Source: a virus
Virus record (IMG/VR): IMGVR_UViG_3300021185_002806
DNA length: 64,000 nt
Strand: one strand, 5' to 3'
The position numbers were made by a program, and so were the translations under genes. How positions within the stretch are numbered: the stretch's first letter is position 1; each line of letters opens with the position of its first letter. The notes under the pieces were generated by a model. The model was given only the letters and a program-made list of their open reading frames with translations. It did not search any database and was not told where the DNA came from. Positions 9,339 through 17,928 of the stretch are shown here, in pieces.

Positions 9339-10064
9339 TTACTCTTTTCTAAGTTTATTGTTTACTTCTATTACAGTCTTCAATATTTCACTTTTTGAGT
9401 AGTCATAAAAAGCCTCTGTGTCTTTAGGAAAACAATGTCCTCCAAAACCAAGTCCACCATCTTCATTAGGTGCCTTCATATGACTAGGTCCTATATTCTC
9501 AAATAAGCCTAATATATCTATCATCTTATCATGATTATAGGAATTGTCAAGATTATTTTTCATTTCATGAAAAAATGCTACTTTTATTGCTAACCAAGAG
9601 TTATGTACATATTTTATCATACTTGCTGTTGTTCTATCCACATCAAAAAAGAATACATTTAAATATGAAAATACTCCTCTCCAATAATGACAGCCTTGTG
9701 GTGATCCACCTAAGATAAAATGCTTTTGTCTATCCCAATCGTCTTTCGCCGTATTTGCTCTCAAAAACTCAGGATTATATGTAACATTATCAGGATACTG
9801 TTCCAACATGTCTGGTGGCACTGTACACTTTAATAATACTTTCATATCTCCTAGTTCTGATAATACTTGTCTGATTATACTATCATCACATTTGCCATTC
9901 ACTGTAGGTGTAGGAACACATACGACTGCACCTTTAGCCTTTAGATAATCTTGTATCTTATTATCATTTAGCTTTGGATCAATCCTTACTACTTGTTTTC
10001 CATTTTCTTCTAGTGATTTAGCTACTGTTTCCCCTACAAACCCACAACCTACTACTAATATCAT
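9339..10064 (-). CDS. UDP-glucose/GDP-mannose dehydrogenase-like (lacks C-terminal domain)
   Basis: GCGFVG, CVPTP, YNPEFLR, GFGGHCFPKD. Confidence 0.85.
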   Translation of the reverse strand: MILVVGCGFVGETVAKSLEENGKQVVRIDPKLNDNKIQDYLKAKGAVVCVPTPTVNGKCDDSIIRQVLSELGDMKVLLKCTVPPDMLEQYPDNVTYNPEFLRANTAKDDWDRQKHFILGGSPQGCHYWRGVFSYLNVFFFDVDRTTASMIKYVHNSWLAIKVAFFHEMKNNLDNSYNHDKMIDILGLFENIGPSHMKAPNEDGGLGFGGHCFPKDTEAFYDYSKSEILKTVIEVNNKLRKE

Positions 10065-10249
10065 GTATTACTTTCCTGTTTTAATCGCCATATACAATAA
10101 ACATCACACCAAAGTTTGTATAGTCCCCAAACACAGAACCCGGCGAAACTTTGTTGCCACCAAATAGGAGAATAGAAAGCTACTTTAAACTGAACTAACA
10201 TGAAGTCTGCCATTAGAAAACTGGCAATATAATCATACCATCTTATCAA
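10061..10249 (-). CDS. Small membrane protein
   Basis: Coupled hydrophobic ORF. Confidence 0.5.
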   Translation of the reverse strand: MIRWYDYIASFLMADFMLVQFKVAFYSPIWWQQSFAGFCVWGLYKLWCDVYCIWRLKQESNT

Positions 10250-10446
10250 TTCTTATCCTTTTCTTCTCTATCTTTAATTTTTTGTTTTAAATCACAAATC
10301 TCTTTTGTGTATTTTTCATAAGCCCACTTTGCACCTTCGTCACCGGTTTCCAAATACATTTTACTAAATATATCTGCATTCTTAGTAAGATTTTCTATAA
10401 TTTTATTATACTTTATTCTTATCGGGGACATCCATGCTTGTGTCAT
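10246..10446 (-). CDS. Hypothetical protein
   Basis: Coupled ORF. Confidence 0.5.
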   Translation of the reverse strand: MTQAWMSPIRIKYNKIIENLTKNADIFSKMYLETGDEGAKWAYEKYTKEICDLKQKIKDREEKDKN

Positions 10447-10450
10447 TACG

Positions 10451-10741
10451 TTATTCCTTTATCAATGAGGACCACTTCTTTAGTTTGTTTCTTTTAACTT
10501 GTACACGTTCTTCAAGTTCGTTCCACTCAACTAATCCGTTCTCAGCTAACAGTTCTATCATACATAATACATCGCCTGCTTCTTCGATAATCTTATTTCG
10601 TTGAGTTTGAGCATTTAGTTTCTTACTTGTTAGTTCATCAGTGTTATCAAACTTTCTCATCATCTTACTGCATACTTGAGTTAATTCACCACATTCTTCC
10701 ATAGTGATGGTCATAAGTTCTTGTAAGTTATTTAGCGCCAT
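10451..10741 (-). CDS. MazG-like NTP pyrophosphohydrolase
   Basis: EECGEL...EEAGDV; likely start MALNNLQE. Confidence 0.82.
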   Translation of the reverse strand: MALNNLQELMTITMEECGELTQVCSKMMRKFDNTDELTSKKLNAQTQRNKIIEEAGDVLCMIELLAENGLVEWNELEERVQVKRNKLKKWSSLIKE

Positions 10742-10935
10742 GATTTTTGATATCCATATTCTACTACTTTTGCAGTTGATTTTGGGGTTCGCCATATATC
10801 TGCAAAACTATCAGCATCTTTTTCAGTATCAAACAGTTGTACTTTCATATCCATACATTTACCAGTATCTTCTGTAACATACAGCCAATCGCCTTCGCCT
10901 AACTTAATCTTTATTGCGTACTTTTTTTCCATCAC
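10732..10935 (-). CDS. Hypothetical protein
   Basis: Coupled ORF. Confidence 0.5.
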   Translation of the reverse strand: MMEKKYAIKIKLGEGDWLYVTEDTGKCMDMKVQLFDTEKDADSFADIWRTPKSTAKVVEYGYQKSWR

Positions 10936-11067
10936 TTATTCCAGTCCCTCCAGATTTCTTACTACCACAGTTGCTACAGAATTGAATTCTGACTGTAAAA
11001 AACAAATCATCTAATTCAACTACTACTTGCCTTTGGGTGATAGTAACGTTATTACAACACCCTTGAC

Positions 11068-11307
11068 TCATACCTTACCTTGTAACCGCAAGTTCAGTAT
11101 AAAATTTTCTACTGTCAGTTTAAGTATAGATGCCGCCATAATTACATCGGAATCCTTACCTTCTATCTTGTCCAACATTTCCATCACGCTAAGACCAATC
11201 ATATCGTAGACTGTATCCTCGGATACGTTTAAGTTAGTCCAATCGATTGGATCTGTGATATTTGATTCTTTAGCCAATTCAATTAGTTGACGCAGTGTAG
11301 GTTTCAT
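11068..11307 (-). CDS. Hypothetical protein
   Basis: Coupled ORF. Confidence 0.55.
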   Translation of the reverse strand: MKPTLRQLIELAKESNITDPIDWTNLNVSEDTVYDMIGLSVMEMLDKIEGKDSDVIMAASILKLTVENFILNLRLQGKV

Positions 11308-11447
11308 TAATCTTCCAGTTTGTTAGTCAGGTCTGATAGCTTTTGTCTAATTAATTCTAAGTACTTGTGTTGAACTTTCTCTATTTCAGATACACGTAAC
11401 ACTTCTGACAATCTATCTATTTCTTTAACTATTTCAATTTTAGTCAT
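11307..11447 (-). CDS. 46-aa hypothetical protein
   Basis: MTKIEIVKEIDRLSEVLR...; follows promoter 11460-11488. Confidence 0.45.
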   Translation of the reverse strand: MTKIEIVKEIDRLSEVLRVSEIEKVQHKYLELIRQKLSDLTNKLED

Positions 11448-11459
11448 TTCACTTCCCTT

Positions 11460-11488
11460 ATTATACATGTTTTATGACTATATTGCAA
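11460..11488 (-). promoter_or_regulatory. Sigma70-like early promoter
   Basis: TTGCAA-N17-TATAAT. Confidence 0.65.
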
Positions 11489-11492
11489 GTCA

Positions 11493-12509
11493 TTAGTTTC
11501 TTGTACATTCCTCAAAAGGGATACTCGCCAAGTTCTTACATTTAGCCTCAACCATAATATCGAAATTATTACGAAAAGAACCAGCCCAATCATTTACTGC
11601 ATCATTCCACATAAAGTCACTGTGGGCTCGCAGTTTGGCTTTTTTATGTCCTGTTTCTATAAGTTTTTGAAAGTCTGGCTTAACATCTGTTCTATGTCCT
11701 GTAAGGTAATCCTCACGGCTAACAGAATAATGCATAGCAGGCCTAACGCCCCGCCAACTATCAATAACTCTTTTAACTCTATCATCGTTTGCATTTATAT
11801 ATTCACCTGCACTATGTACCCAATGGTGATGTATGTCTAACACCAATGCTACATCTTTTTCTAGTTCTAAGCAAGAATCGAGACCCCACGACATTTCCTC
11901 GTTTTCGATTGTGATTGTGTTTCTTGCTTCTTGGGATAATCTTGGGAGAATTGCTTTGATACCTTCTGGACCTTTTCTACCCGATATGTGGACGTTGCAT
12001 TTGAAATCTTGAAACGACTTGCCATAGCCCATCCACCTGATGATATCTGCATGGTATTCGAACTCCTTTATGCTATTTTCTACAACATCAGGTCTGTCTG
12101 ATGCGAGAACCGTAAATTGACCAGGGTGCATTGATAAACGAACATTGTTTGCCCTAGCCTTATCACCGATTGTATTTAGTCTACTTGCAATCAAATCTGT
12201 AATATAGTTAGTCTTAGATAGATAACTAAAATTATCTTCTGTGTATGCAGGCAACATGTCACTGCCTAATCGTAACATACGTTGCTCGATAGGCAATGTA
12301 CTTACATAATCAATAAGTTTTTCTGTAGCATCAAGGTTATGTTCGATAAGGTCATAAACTTTTTCTTGTGCTTGGTCTGTATGTTCACGTAACCATCTGA
12401 TTGTTGTGCCACGAAAGTTCAATGGTTGCTGAATTTCTTTCAAAGCCTTAGGCTTTAGATTTTGATTATGATGCATGAATTTACATGCGAACCCTACTCT
12501 ACCTGTCAT
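11493..12509 (-). CDS. uvsE: UV damage endonuclease (UvsE/UVDE)
   Basis: RVGFACK, RLSMHPGQFTVLAS, IENEE, LDIHHH, HSD, MVEAK. Confidence 0.92.
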   Translation of the reverse strand: MTGRVGFACKFMHHNQNLKPKALKEIQQPLNFRGTTIRWLREHTDQAQEKVYDLIEHNLDATEKLIDYVSTLPIEQRMLRLGSDMLPAYTEDNFSYLSKTNYITDLIASRLNTIGDKARANNVRLSMHPGQFTVLASDRPDVVENSIKEFEYHADIIRWMGYGKSFQDFKCNVHISGRKGPEGIKAILPRLSQEARNTITIENEEMSWGLDSCLELEKDVALVLDIHHHWVHSAGEYINANDDRVKRVIDSWRGVRPAMHYSVSREDYLTGHRTDVKPDFQKLIETGHKKAKLRAHSDFMWNDAVNDWAGSFRNNFDIMVEAKCKNLASIPFEECTRN

Positions 12510-12921
12510 TGTACACCTCATCGTTTGCAATTGGACGCAAGTCACGAATCAATGCGCCTTCTAAAAAAGTTATATCTACTTCACTATTCAATTCTATCAG
12601 AACTAGATGCCATTTGTCAATACTATAATTATAATTTTCTTTGAACCACATCCAACCTTTTGGGTTATAATTTGCTTTATTTGTTGCTTTATCATAGTGA
12701 CTTTTATTACGTGCAGAAAAGAAGCCTTTCCCTACATAAATGATTTCATCTTCATCAAATATTACATATACACCACGCTTACGTTTATGCCCTTTGAAGC
12801 CTTCCTCCCACGATGGGAATACCTGTACACTTATAGGAGAAATGCCTTCTGCTTTCAGCCTACCATGTAATGAATTTTCTACGATGAATAAAGTTTCAGT
12901 CATTAGCTTTAATTCGTTCAT
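12499..12921 (-). CDS. GIY-YIG nuclease
   Basis: GVYVIF...IIYVGKG...R...E...N. Confidence 0.75.
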   Translation of the reverse strand: MNELKLMTETLFIVENSLHGRLKAEGISPISVQVFPSWEEGFKGHKRKRGVYVIFDEDEIIYVGKGFFSARNKSHYDKATNKANYNPKGWMWFKENYNYSIDKWHLVLIELNSEVDITFLEGALIRDLRPIANDEVYNDR

Positions 12922-13168
12922 CCTTGTATATAAAAAGCAACATAGATTCTACATGCTTATATTTCTCAGGTACTACAACTGTTTTTTCTACATATGGAGT
13001 GTAAGAAGTATTATGCAGTCCGCCCCATGTAGTCTCAATTCGTTTCAACCCTTTGAGTACCTTACCTTTGATAGTCCAATTACCCTTACCGCATTCAGCA
13101 TTAAGCAGTCTAACAATGCCGTAGAATTGCTCACGTGTACTAAACTTGAATTTGAATTCGTGTGTCAT
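12896..13168 (-). CDS. Hypothetical protein
   Basis: Downstream of consensus promoter. Confidence 0.55.
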   Translation of the reverse strand: MTHEFKFKFSTREQFYGIVRLLNAECGKGNWTIKGKVLKGLKRIETTWGGLHNTSYTPYVEKTVVVPEKYKHVESMLLFIYKDERIKAND

Positions 13169-13194
13169 CTTCTGCCTATATCCTTTACAATAAT

Positions 13195-13202
13195 GATAAA
13201 TA
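13195..13202 (+). promoter_or_regulatory. T4-like late promoter motif GATAAATA
   Basis: The same octamer, (G/T)ATAAATA, recurs before late-type genes: 18972, 28124, 29924, 31711, 35750, 37366, 37532, 41836, 50376, 52916, 57923, 60296, 62493, 63617. Confidence 0.7.
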
Positions 13203-13203
13203 C

Positions 13204-13232
13204 ATTATAGTACAATATAAAGAAAATGTCAA
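13204..13232 (-). promoter_or_regulatory. Consensus sigma70 promoter
   Basis: TTGACA-N17-TATAAT. Confidence 0.8.
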
Positions 13233-13242
13233 GGAATTTATT

Positions 13243-14010
13243 ATGTCAGATATGAAAATTTGGAAGAACATCATTGTAAATGCTACTAAAGTAGCAGAAA
13301 GCAATGACATAGAGGATGCAAATCATACAGACCATGAAGTCAGTATGGCAAAATCGCAACTATTATCAAGTGTGAAAAGTGCAGTTAGAATTGGCAAACA
13401 TGTCAATGCACTATCAGAAACAGAAGGGTTAGAAGGTTGGGTTGCATCAAAATTGACTATGGCCGAAGACTATCTTCAGGTTGTAGCAGACCATATGGAC
13501 GGAAAAAAGCTATCAGAAGGCTATAAAGTTCTTCCACCAATGGATAAAGAAAAGTATCAAGCACGTTCAGGGCTAGAAGGTCCTTTCTCTACACTAAGCG
13601 GCAAAGTAGTATACTACGATCCAAGAGAAGGCAAGTACTATGATCCTGACACTGACATGTATATCTCATATGAAGACTTCCAAAAACTTGACAATGATTA
13701 TTCTGGCATGAAAGACGAGCGTGACGAAGTTAAAGAAGCAGGTGGATATTATACACAGCCAGTATATGATATGATTAAACAACATGGTTATCCAAAAGTA
13801 ATGCATAGATTACTATCTGCCTTAGATGCAGATGTAATACAGGATTTTATAAGCCGTGAACCAGATTTAAATGAATCAGAAAAGCGTTGGAAACAAACTA
13901 GTATGTCTCCACAAGAAGCAATAGCAAAATACGGTAAAGAAAACGTAAAAGTTAAAAAAGGTGCATTGCGTAATGGCAATGATATGGTAGAAGTATTTGT
14001 TGAATCATAG
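13243..14010 (+). CDS. Modular putative head/internal protein, N-terminal part (split by 20-bp duplication)
   Basis: AAGGA RBS; LEGWVASKLTMAEDYL module; modules separated by LSE/VKE/LNE. Confidence 0.7.
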   Translation: MSDMKIWKNIIVNATKVAESNDIEDANHTDHEVSMAKSQLLSSVKSAVRIGKHVNALSETEGLEGWVASKLTMAEDYLQVVADHMDGKKLSEGYKVLPPMDKEKYQARSGLEGPFSTLSGKVVYYDPREGKYYDPDTDMYISYEDFQKLDNDYSGMKDERDEVKEAGGYYTQPVYDMIKQHGYPKVMHRLLSALDADVIQDFISREPDLNESEKRWKQTSMSPQEAIAKYGKENVKVKKGALRNGNDMVEVFVES

Positions 14011-14027
14011 AAGTATTTGTTGAATCA
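13988..14027 (+). repeat. Perfect 20-bp tandem duplication TAGAAGTATTTGTTGAATCA x2
   Basis: Seen directly; creates the TAG at 14008-14010. Confidence 0.97.
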
Positions 14028-14849
14028 TATTCACCAGGTGATGAGTATGCTGATGGTATGGTAAGTAATTGCTGTGGTGCTCCTATAATGGACTATAACG
14101 ATGGATTTGGCAGATGTTCAGATTGCAAAGAAATGGCAAGCGGTGAGAAAGAAGAAGAATACTACGAATCAACTGCTTCCGGAACTTATGCTAATGTATA
14201 TTATGATTACAGTGAAGGTTTTTATATGATTGACGTATATAAAGATGGCAAAAAGGTAGAAGAATATGATGATTACATGGGTGCAATGGAAGAAGGTAAT
14301 CCCATTAAAGATAAGTTCTTAGAACTTGTTAAGAAAGCCGGTTTAGAACCAGAAGGTCTTCCTCTTGTATCAACAGGTGGTGATGAACCTGATGAAACAG
14401 GTGTATTTAAGAATGGCAAGTTCAACTGGCATAAGTCATCAAGTGTATCAGAAGGCCCATTTAAAGGTATCGGTAAACAGTTGATGAAAAGAAAACTCAA
14501 CAAACAATATAAAAAATCAGACCTTGCAAATTTCGATAAGTCAGGAATAGACACAAGCGGAAAAACTCCTGATGAAGTCGGGCAAATGAAGTCAGATTTT
14601 TATCATGACCATATGGACAAGGCGGCTAGAGCAAAAAAAGCCGGCGACCGATTATCAGGAAAGAAAAAAGTAAAAGAATCAACACAAGCATTAACAGAAG
14701 AACAATTTGATGAAGCGGCTGGTGAGAAAGATGCTTGTTATCACAAAGTAAAAAGCAGATACAAAGTTTGGCCTAGTGCATACGCATCTGGTGCCTTAGT
14801 TAAGTGTCGCAAAGTCGGTGCTAAAAATTGGGGCAATTCAAAGAAATGA
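14028..14849 (+). CDS. Modular putative head/internal protein, C-terminal part
   Basis: In frame with the 13243 ORF once one repeat copy is removed; ends with the KDACYHKVKSRYKVWPSAYASGALVKCRK module. Confidence 0.7.
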   Translation, partial: YSPGDEYADGMVSNCCGAPIMDYNDGFGRCSDCKEMASGEKEEEYYESTASGTYANVYYDYSEGFYMIDVYKDGKKVEEYDDYMGAMEEGNPIKDKFLELVKKAGLEPEGLPLVSTGGDEPDETGVFKNGKFNWHKSSSVSEGPFKGIGKQLMKRKLNKQYKKSDLANFDKSGIDTSGKTPDEVGQMKSDFYHDHMDKAARAKKAGDRLSGKKKVKESTQALTEEQFDEAAGEKDACYHKVKSRYKVWPSAYASGALVKCRKVGAKNWGNSKK

Positions 14850-15256
14850 AAATTTCAGAGATAGATAGTAAACTTTTTGAAAAGTGTTGGAAGGGCTATA
14901 AGAAGCACGGCACTAAAATGATGTTTGGTAAGCGTGTACCTGATTGTCGTAAGAATGAATCAGAAGAACATGTAGATGAAGATTTACGTGCTTGGTTTGG
15001 CAAAGGCAAAAAAGGCGGAGCTGGCGGTGGCGGTTGGGACCGTTACAATACTAAAGGCGAACGTGTAGGTAAATGCGGAGACAGTGGCAAGGGTGAAGGC
15101 AAACCTAAGTGTTTATCAAAATCAAAAGCCGCAAGCCTTAGAAGCAGTGGTGGTAAGAAAGCTATTGCTAATGCAGTTAAACGTAAAAAGACAAATGATC
15201 CAAATGCAAATCGTAAAGGTAAAGCAAAAAACGTAAGTAATCGTCCAAAGAAATAA
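14846..15256 (+). CDS. Basic modular putative internal protein
   Basis: MKISEI leader; CWKGYKK...VPDC and EDLRAWFG...GGWD...KPKC modules. Confidence 0.72.
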   Translation: MKISEIDSKLFEKCWKGYKKHGTKMMFGKRVPDCRKNESEEHVDEDLRAWFGKGKKGGAGGGGWDRYNTKGERVGKCGDSGKGEGKPKCLSKSKAASLRSSGGKKAIANAVKRKKTNDPNANRKGKAKNVSNRPKK

Positions 15257-15257
15257 T

Positions 15258-15395
15258 ATGAATAAGAATAAAAAAATTATTAAGATGCAAGTTACAGAAG
15301 CAGACAAAAGATTAAATACTCCAGCATGGCAAAGATATATGCAAGGCGATACTAGATACGAATATAAATATCTGAGAGGATTAAAAAATGATTAA
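15258..15395 (+). CDS. 45-aa protein (ADK...NTPAWQRY module)
   Basis: Manual translation MNKNKKIIKMQVTEADKRLNTPAWQRYMQGDTRY... Confidence 0.55.
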   Translation: MNKNKKIIKMQVTEADKRLNTPAWQRYMQGDTRYEYKYLRGLKND

Positions 15396-15585
15396 GAATT
15401 TAAAAGATTTAATTATAATGATGTTAGTAATAGGCGTATTAGGATTACTAGGAGTTATAATAATTGGTGACTATTATGTAGCACTACAAGAAAATAGACC
15501 AGTAGATGAGAGTGTTATTACTCTTATGAAAATGGCACTGACCGGGCTAATAGGCATAATAGCAGGTTATATAGGAAGTAAATAA
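15388..15585 (+). CDS. Small 2-TM membrane protein (holin-like size)
   Basis: Two hydrophobic helices. Confidence 0.6.
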   Translation: MIKNLKDLIIMMLVIGVLGLLGVIIIGDYYVALQENRPVDESVITLMKMALTGLIGIIAGYIGSK

Positions 15586-15785
15586 TGCCAGAAATGATGA
15601 TTGAGTCCATGTCAACAAGTACATCGAAGACTTATTGTCAAAATTGCGGGCATTCATCACATTGCGGTACAGGCAAATATGCAACATTCAAAGACTACCA
15701 ATGTGATGGTGGTGAATACCGAGAAGTCAAAATCTGCGAACATTGTAGATGTTCAGAATGCAGTAACAAAGGAAAGAAAAAATGA
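15585..15785 (+). CDS. Cys/His-rich small protein
   Basis: CQNCGHSSHCG...CEHCRCSEC. Confidence 0.6.
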   Translation: MPEMMIESMSTSTSKTYCQNCGHSSHCGTGKYATFKDYQCDGGEYREVKICEHCRCSECSNKGKKK

Positions 15786-16198
15786 GTCAACTATCAAATG
15801 AAATGAAAAAATTGCGTGATTCGATAATGGAGTCAATTCAAACTGATAAAACTATTAATAGTGAAGCAGTAATGTCTGAGGTTGTATTAGAAGATGACCA
15901 AGACTTTCATGAACATTATGGATATCTTGCATTTTCAGAAGATGAAACAGACATGTTTGAAGCTGAATATCAAGGCAGAAGTGTTAAACTAAACAAACCA
16001 ATGCGTGGTGATGTTAAAAAGTTTAAGGTTTATGTAAAAAATGATAAAGGTAACACAATAAAAGTTAACTTTGGCGACCCAAATATGAAAATTAAAAAGT
16101 CTAATCCTGCTAGAAGAAAATCTTTCAGGGCAAGACATAACTGTGATAACCCAGGACCAAAAACAAAAGCAAGATATTGGTCATGTAGAAAGTGGTAA
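15782..16198 (+). CDS. Putative internal protein with conserved basic C-terminal domain
   Basis: FEAEYQGRSVKLNKP...VNFGDPNM...RKSFRARHNC...ARYWSCRKW. Confidence 0.78.
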   Translation: MSQLSNEMKKLRDSIMESIQTDKTINSEAVMSEVVLEDDQDFHEHYGYLAFSEDETDMFEAEYQGRSVKLNKPMRGDVKKFKVYVKNDKGNTIKVNFGDPNMKIKKSNPARRKSFRARHNCDNPGPKTKARYWSCRKW

Positions 16199-16220
16199 TC
16201 ATCCTTAACTAAAAGGAATT

Positions 16221-16358
16221 ATGAGATATAATGCTAGTGCTACTGCACACGAAAGAGGCCCTAAAAAAAGAACGGCAATAGGCAATTCTACTAGGTCTCG
16301 ACCTAATAACAAACATAAGAAAAGATCCTTTAAGAAATATAGAGGACAGGGTAAGTAA
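16221..16358 (+). CDS. 45-aa basic protein ending KKYRGQGK
   Basis: Manual translation; AAGGA RBS; C-terminal motif recalled from T4-like marine phages. Confidence 0.65.
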   Translation: MRYNASATAHERGPKKRTAIGNSTRSRPNNKHKKRSFKKYRGQGK

Positions 16359-16390
16359 AAAAGGGAGCATTACGCTCCCTTAGTTTTTTT
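16357..16390. terminator. Bidirectional intrinsic terminator
   Basis: AAGGGAGC-ATTAC-GCTCCCTT with A/T tracts, between convergent genes. Confidence 0.8.
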
Positions 16391-16404
16391 AAATTCTTTT
16401 TTTA

Positions 16405-17235
16405 TTAACCTAAAAGTTTTGCTAAAGTCTTTGGTCCTGCAATACCATCTGCTACTAGACCGTTTGCAACTTGCCATTCTTTTAACTTTGCTTCTGTTCC
16501 AGGACCGAAATCTCCATCTGCACTGATACCAAGGGCTTTTTGCATTTTTGCAACAGTACTTCCTTTACTACCTTTACGAACAGTTTCAAGTATCTCTTTT
16601 GGTTCATAATGACCTCCGAGTACTTCTATCGCATGTGCGTAATGTTTCTTACGGTCTTCTAGTCCTATAGTTCCGCCATTAATACGTTTCGTCATTCCAA
16701 CAATATCTTGTGCATCGCAGTAACGATTAATATTGTTAGTCTCCCAGAACCAACATGCACTTGCTAATGCACCAATAGGTGTACGAACAAAATCAGTACA
16801 TTCTTCCGCAGTTCTTCTTTCTGACTCTCCAAACTTTGTATAATTGTGACGACCTGTTAGTTGTAGGATTCCCCCACCTCTAAATCTCCAACCGTCACCA
16901 GAGCCAGTATCTCCGTTATCCATACGATTTGCATAGATTACGTTTGCGATTTTTTCTGGTTGTCTATGATATTCTTGTGCATTTCTTCCTGCACGTTTAA
17001 AATATTTCGGGAAAATCTTATCTAGTGCATCTGCACTATAATTTAGATTCTCAGATAGAACAGTGTAACCAGCAGATTCGTGTGCCGTCTGAGCAATAAA
17101 TCCTGCTACTCTATCAACAGTATCAATATCCCATCTGGGTAAAACTCTAGTCATTGCATCATGCCATTCGTTAGCATCTATGCGTGGTAGTAATTCCGCT
17201 ACATGTTCTACAGTGAAATTAAACTTAAAAGCCAT
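16405..17235 (-). CDS. GH19 endolysin with C-terminal peptidoglycan-binding domain
   Basis: AQTAHES, ENLNYS, FRGGGILQLTGRHNY, TKRINGG; ADGDFGPGT and ADGIAGPKT. Confidence 0.93.
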   Translation of the reverse strand: MAFKFNFTVEHVAELLPRIDANEWHDAMTRVLPRWDIDTVDRVAGFIAQTAHESAGYTVLSENLNYSADALDKIFPKYFKRAGRNAQEYHRQPEKIANVIYANRMDNGDTGSGDGWRFRGGGILQLTGRHNYTKFGESERRTAEECTDFVRTPIGALASACWFWETNNINRYCDAQDIVGMTKRINGGTIGLEDRKKHYAHAIEVLGGHYEPKEILETVRKGSKGSTVAKMQKALGISADGDFGPGTEAKLKEWQVANGLVADGIAGPKTLAKLLG

Positions 17236-17238
17236 TCT

Positions 17239-17691
17239 TTAGTCCTCCAATTTTACTTGGCCTGCTTCTATTAGCCATTCTCTATTTTTCAAGTGAGCCT
17301 CTTGTATTGCATCTTTTGATTGACCTTCATACGGGACTGCATGATGATTGTCTAACATAACTGTAGTAAATGCTACATAATCATCTTTGTCTTTATCCCA
17401 AATTTTAAAGTCTCCTAAAATTCTGCCAAATTTTCCTGTCTTGTCTTTTTGTGTTATGATAATTTGACTAGATCCAACTGGCATAAGAAATCTTACGAAC
17501 TCTTTCGCCGCAAGTCCGAATTTCTTTTCAGTCAAATCTCTGGTTCTAGATTCAGGAGTATCAATACCCATGATTCTAACTCTTTCTCTGTGCATCCATA
17601 CACCAAAGCCTAAGTCTATATCAACGTCAACTGTGTCTCCGTCTACTATTCTTAGTATTTTACATCGGTATTCATACATAATCCTCTCCAA
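17239..17691 (-). CDS. Thermonuclease (SNase-like)
   Basis: VDGDTVD, GIDTPESRT, GKFGRILG. Confidence 0.9.
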   Translation of the reverse strand: MERIMYEYRCKILRIVDGDTVDVDIDLGFGVWMHRERVRIMGIDTPESRTRDLTEKKFGLAAKEFVRFLMPVGSSQIIITQKDKTGKFGRILGDFKIWDKDKDDYVAFTTVMLDNHHAVPYEGQSKDAIQEAHLKNREWLIEAGQVKLED

Positions 17692-17928
17692 TTATTTCTT
17701 ATTAACATCTTTCAAACAACCGGGAAATGCTTTTTCTGTCCCATCTGTTATTTTCTTTGCAAGTTTATACGGAAGAAATCCAAAAAACTGCGGAAAGAAA
17801 GCATGAATGATGCCTGTTATTACCATTAGCAAACCAATACCATTAAAGTACATAGCTTTATAAAAATGTGTAAACCAGTTTGCTTCTGCCTTGTCTAAAT
17901 GGTCAATATCGATTAATTTATCTTCCAT
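17692..17928 (-). CDS. Small membrane protein (DUF6356-like)
   Basis: HL...YxxH-like and IHAFFP motifs. Confidence 0.55.
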   Translation of the reverse strand: MEDKLIDIDHLDKAEANWFTHFYKAMYFNGIGLLMVITGIIHAFFPQFFGFLPYKLAKKITDGTEKAFPGCLKDVNKK

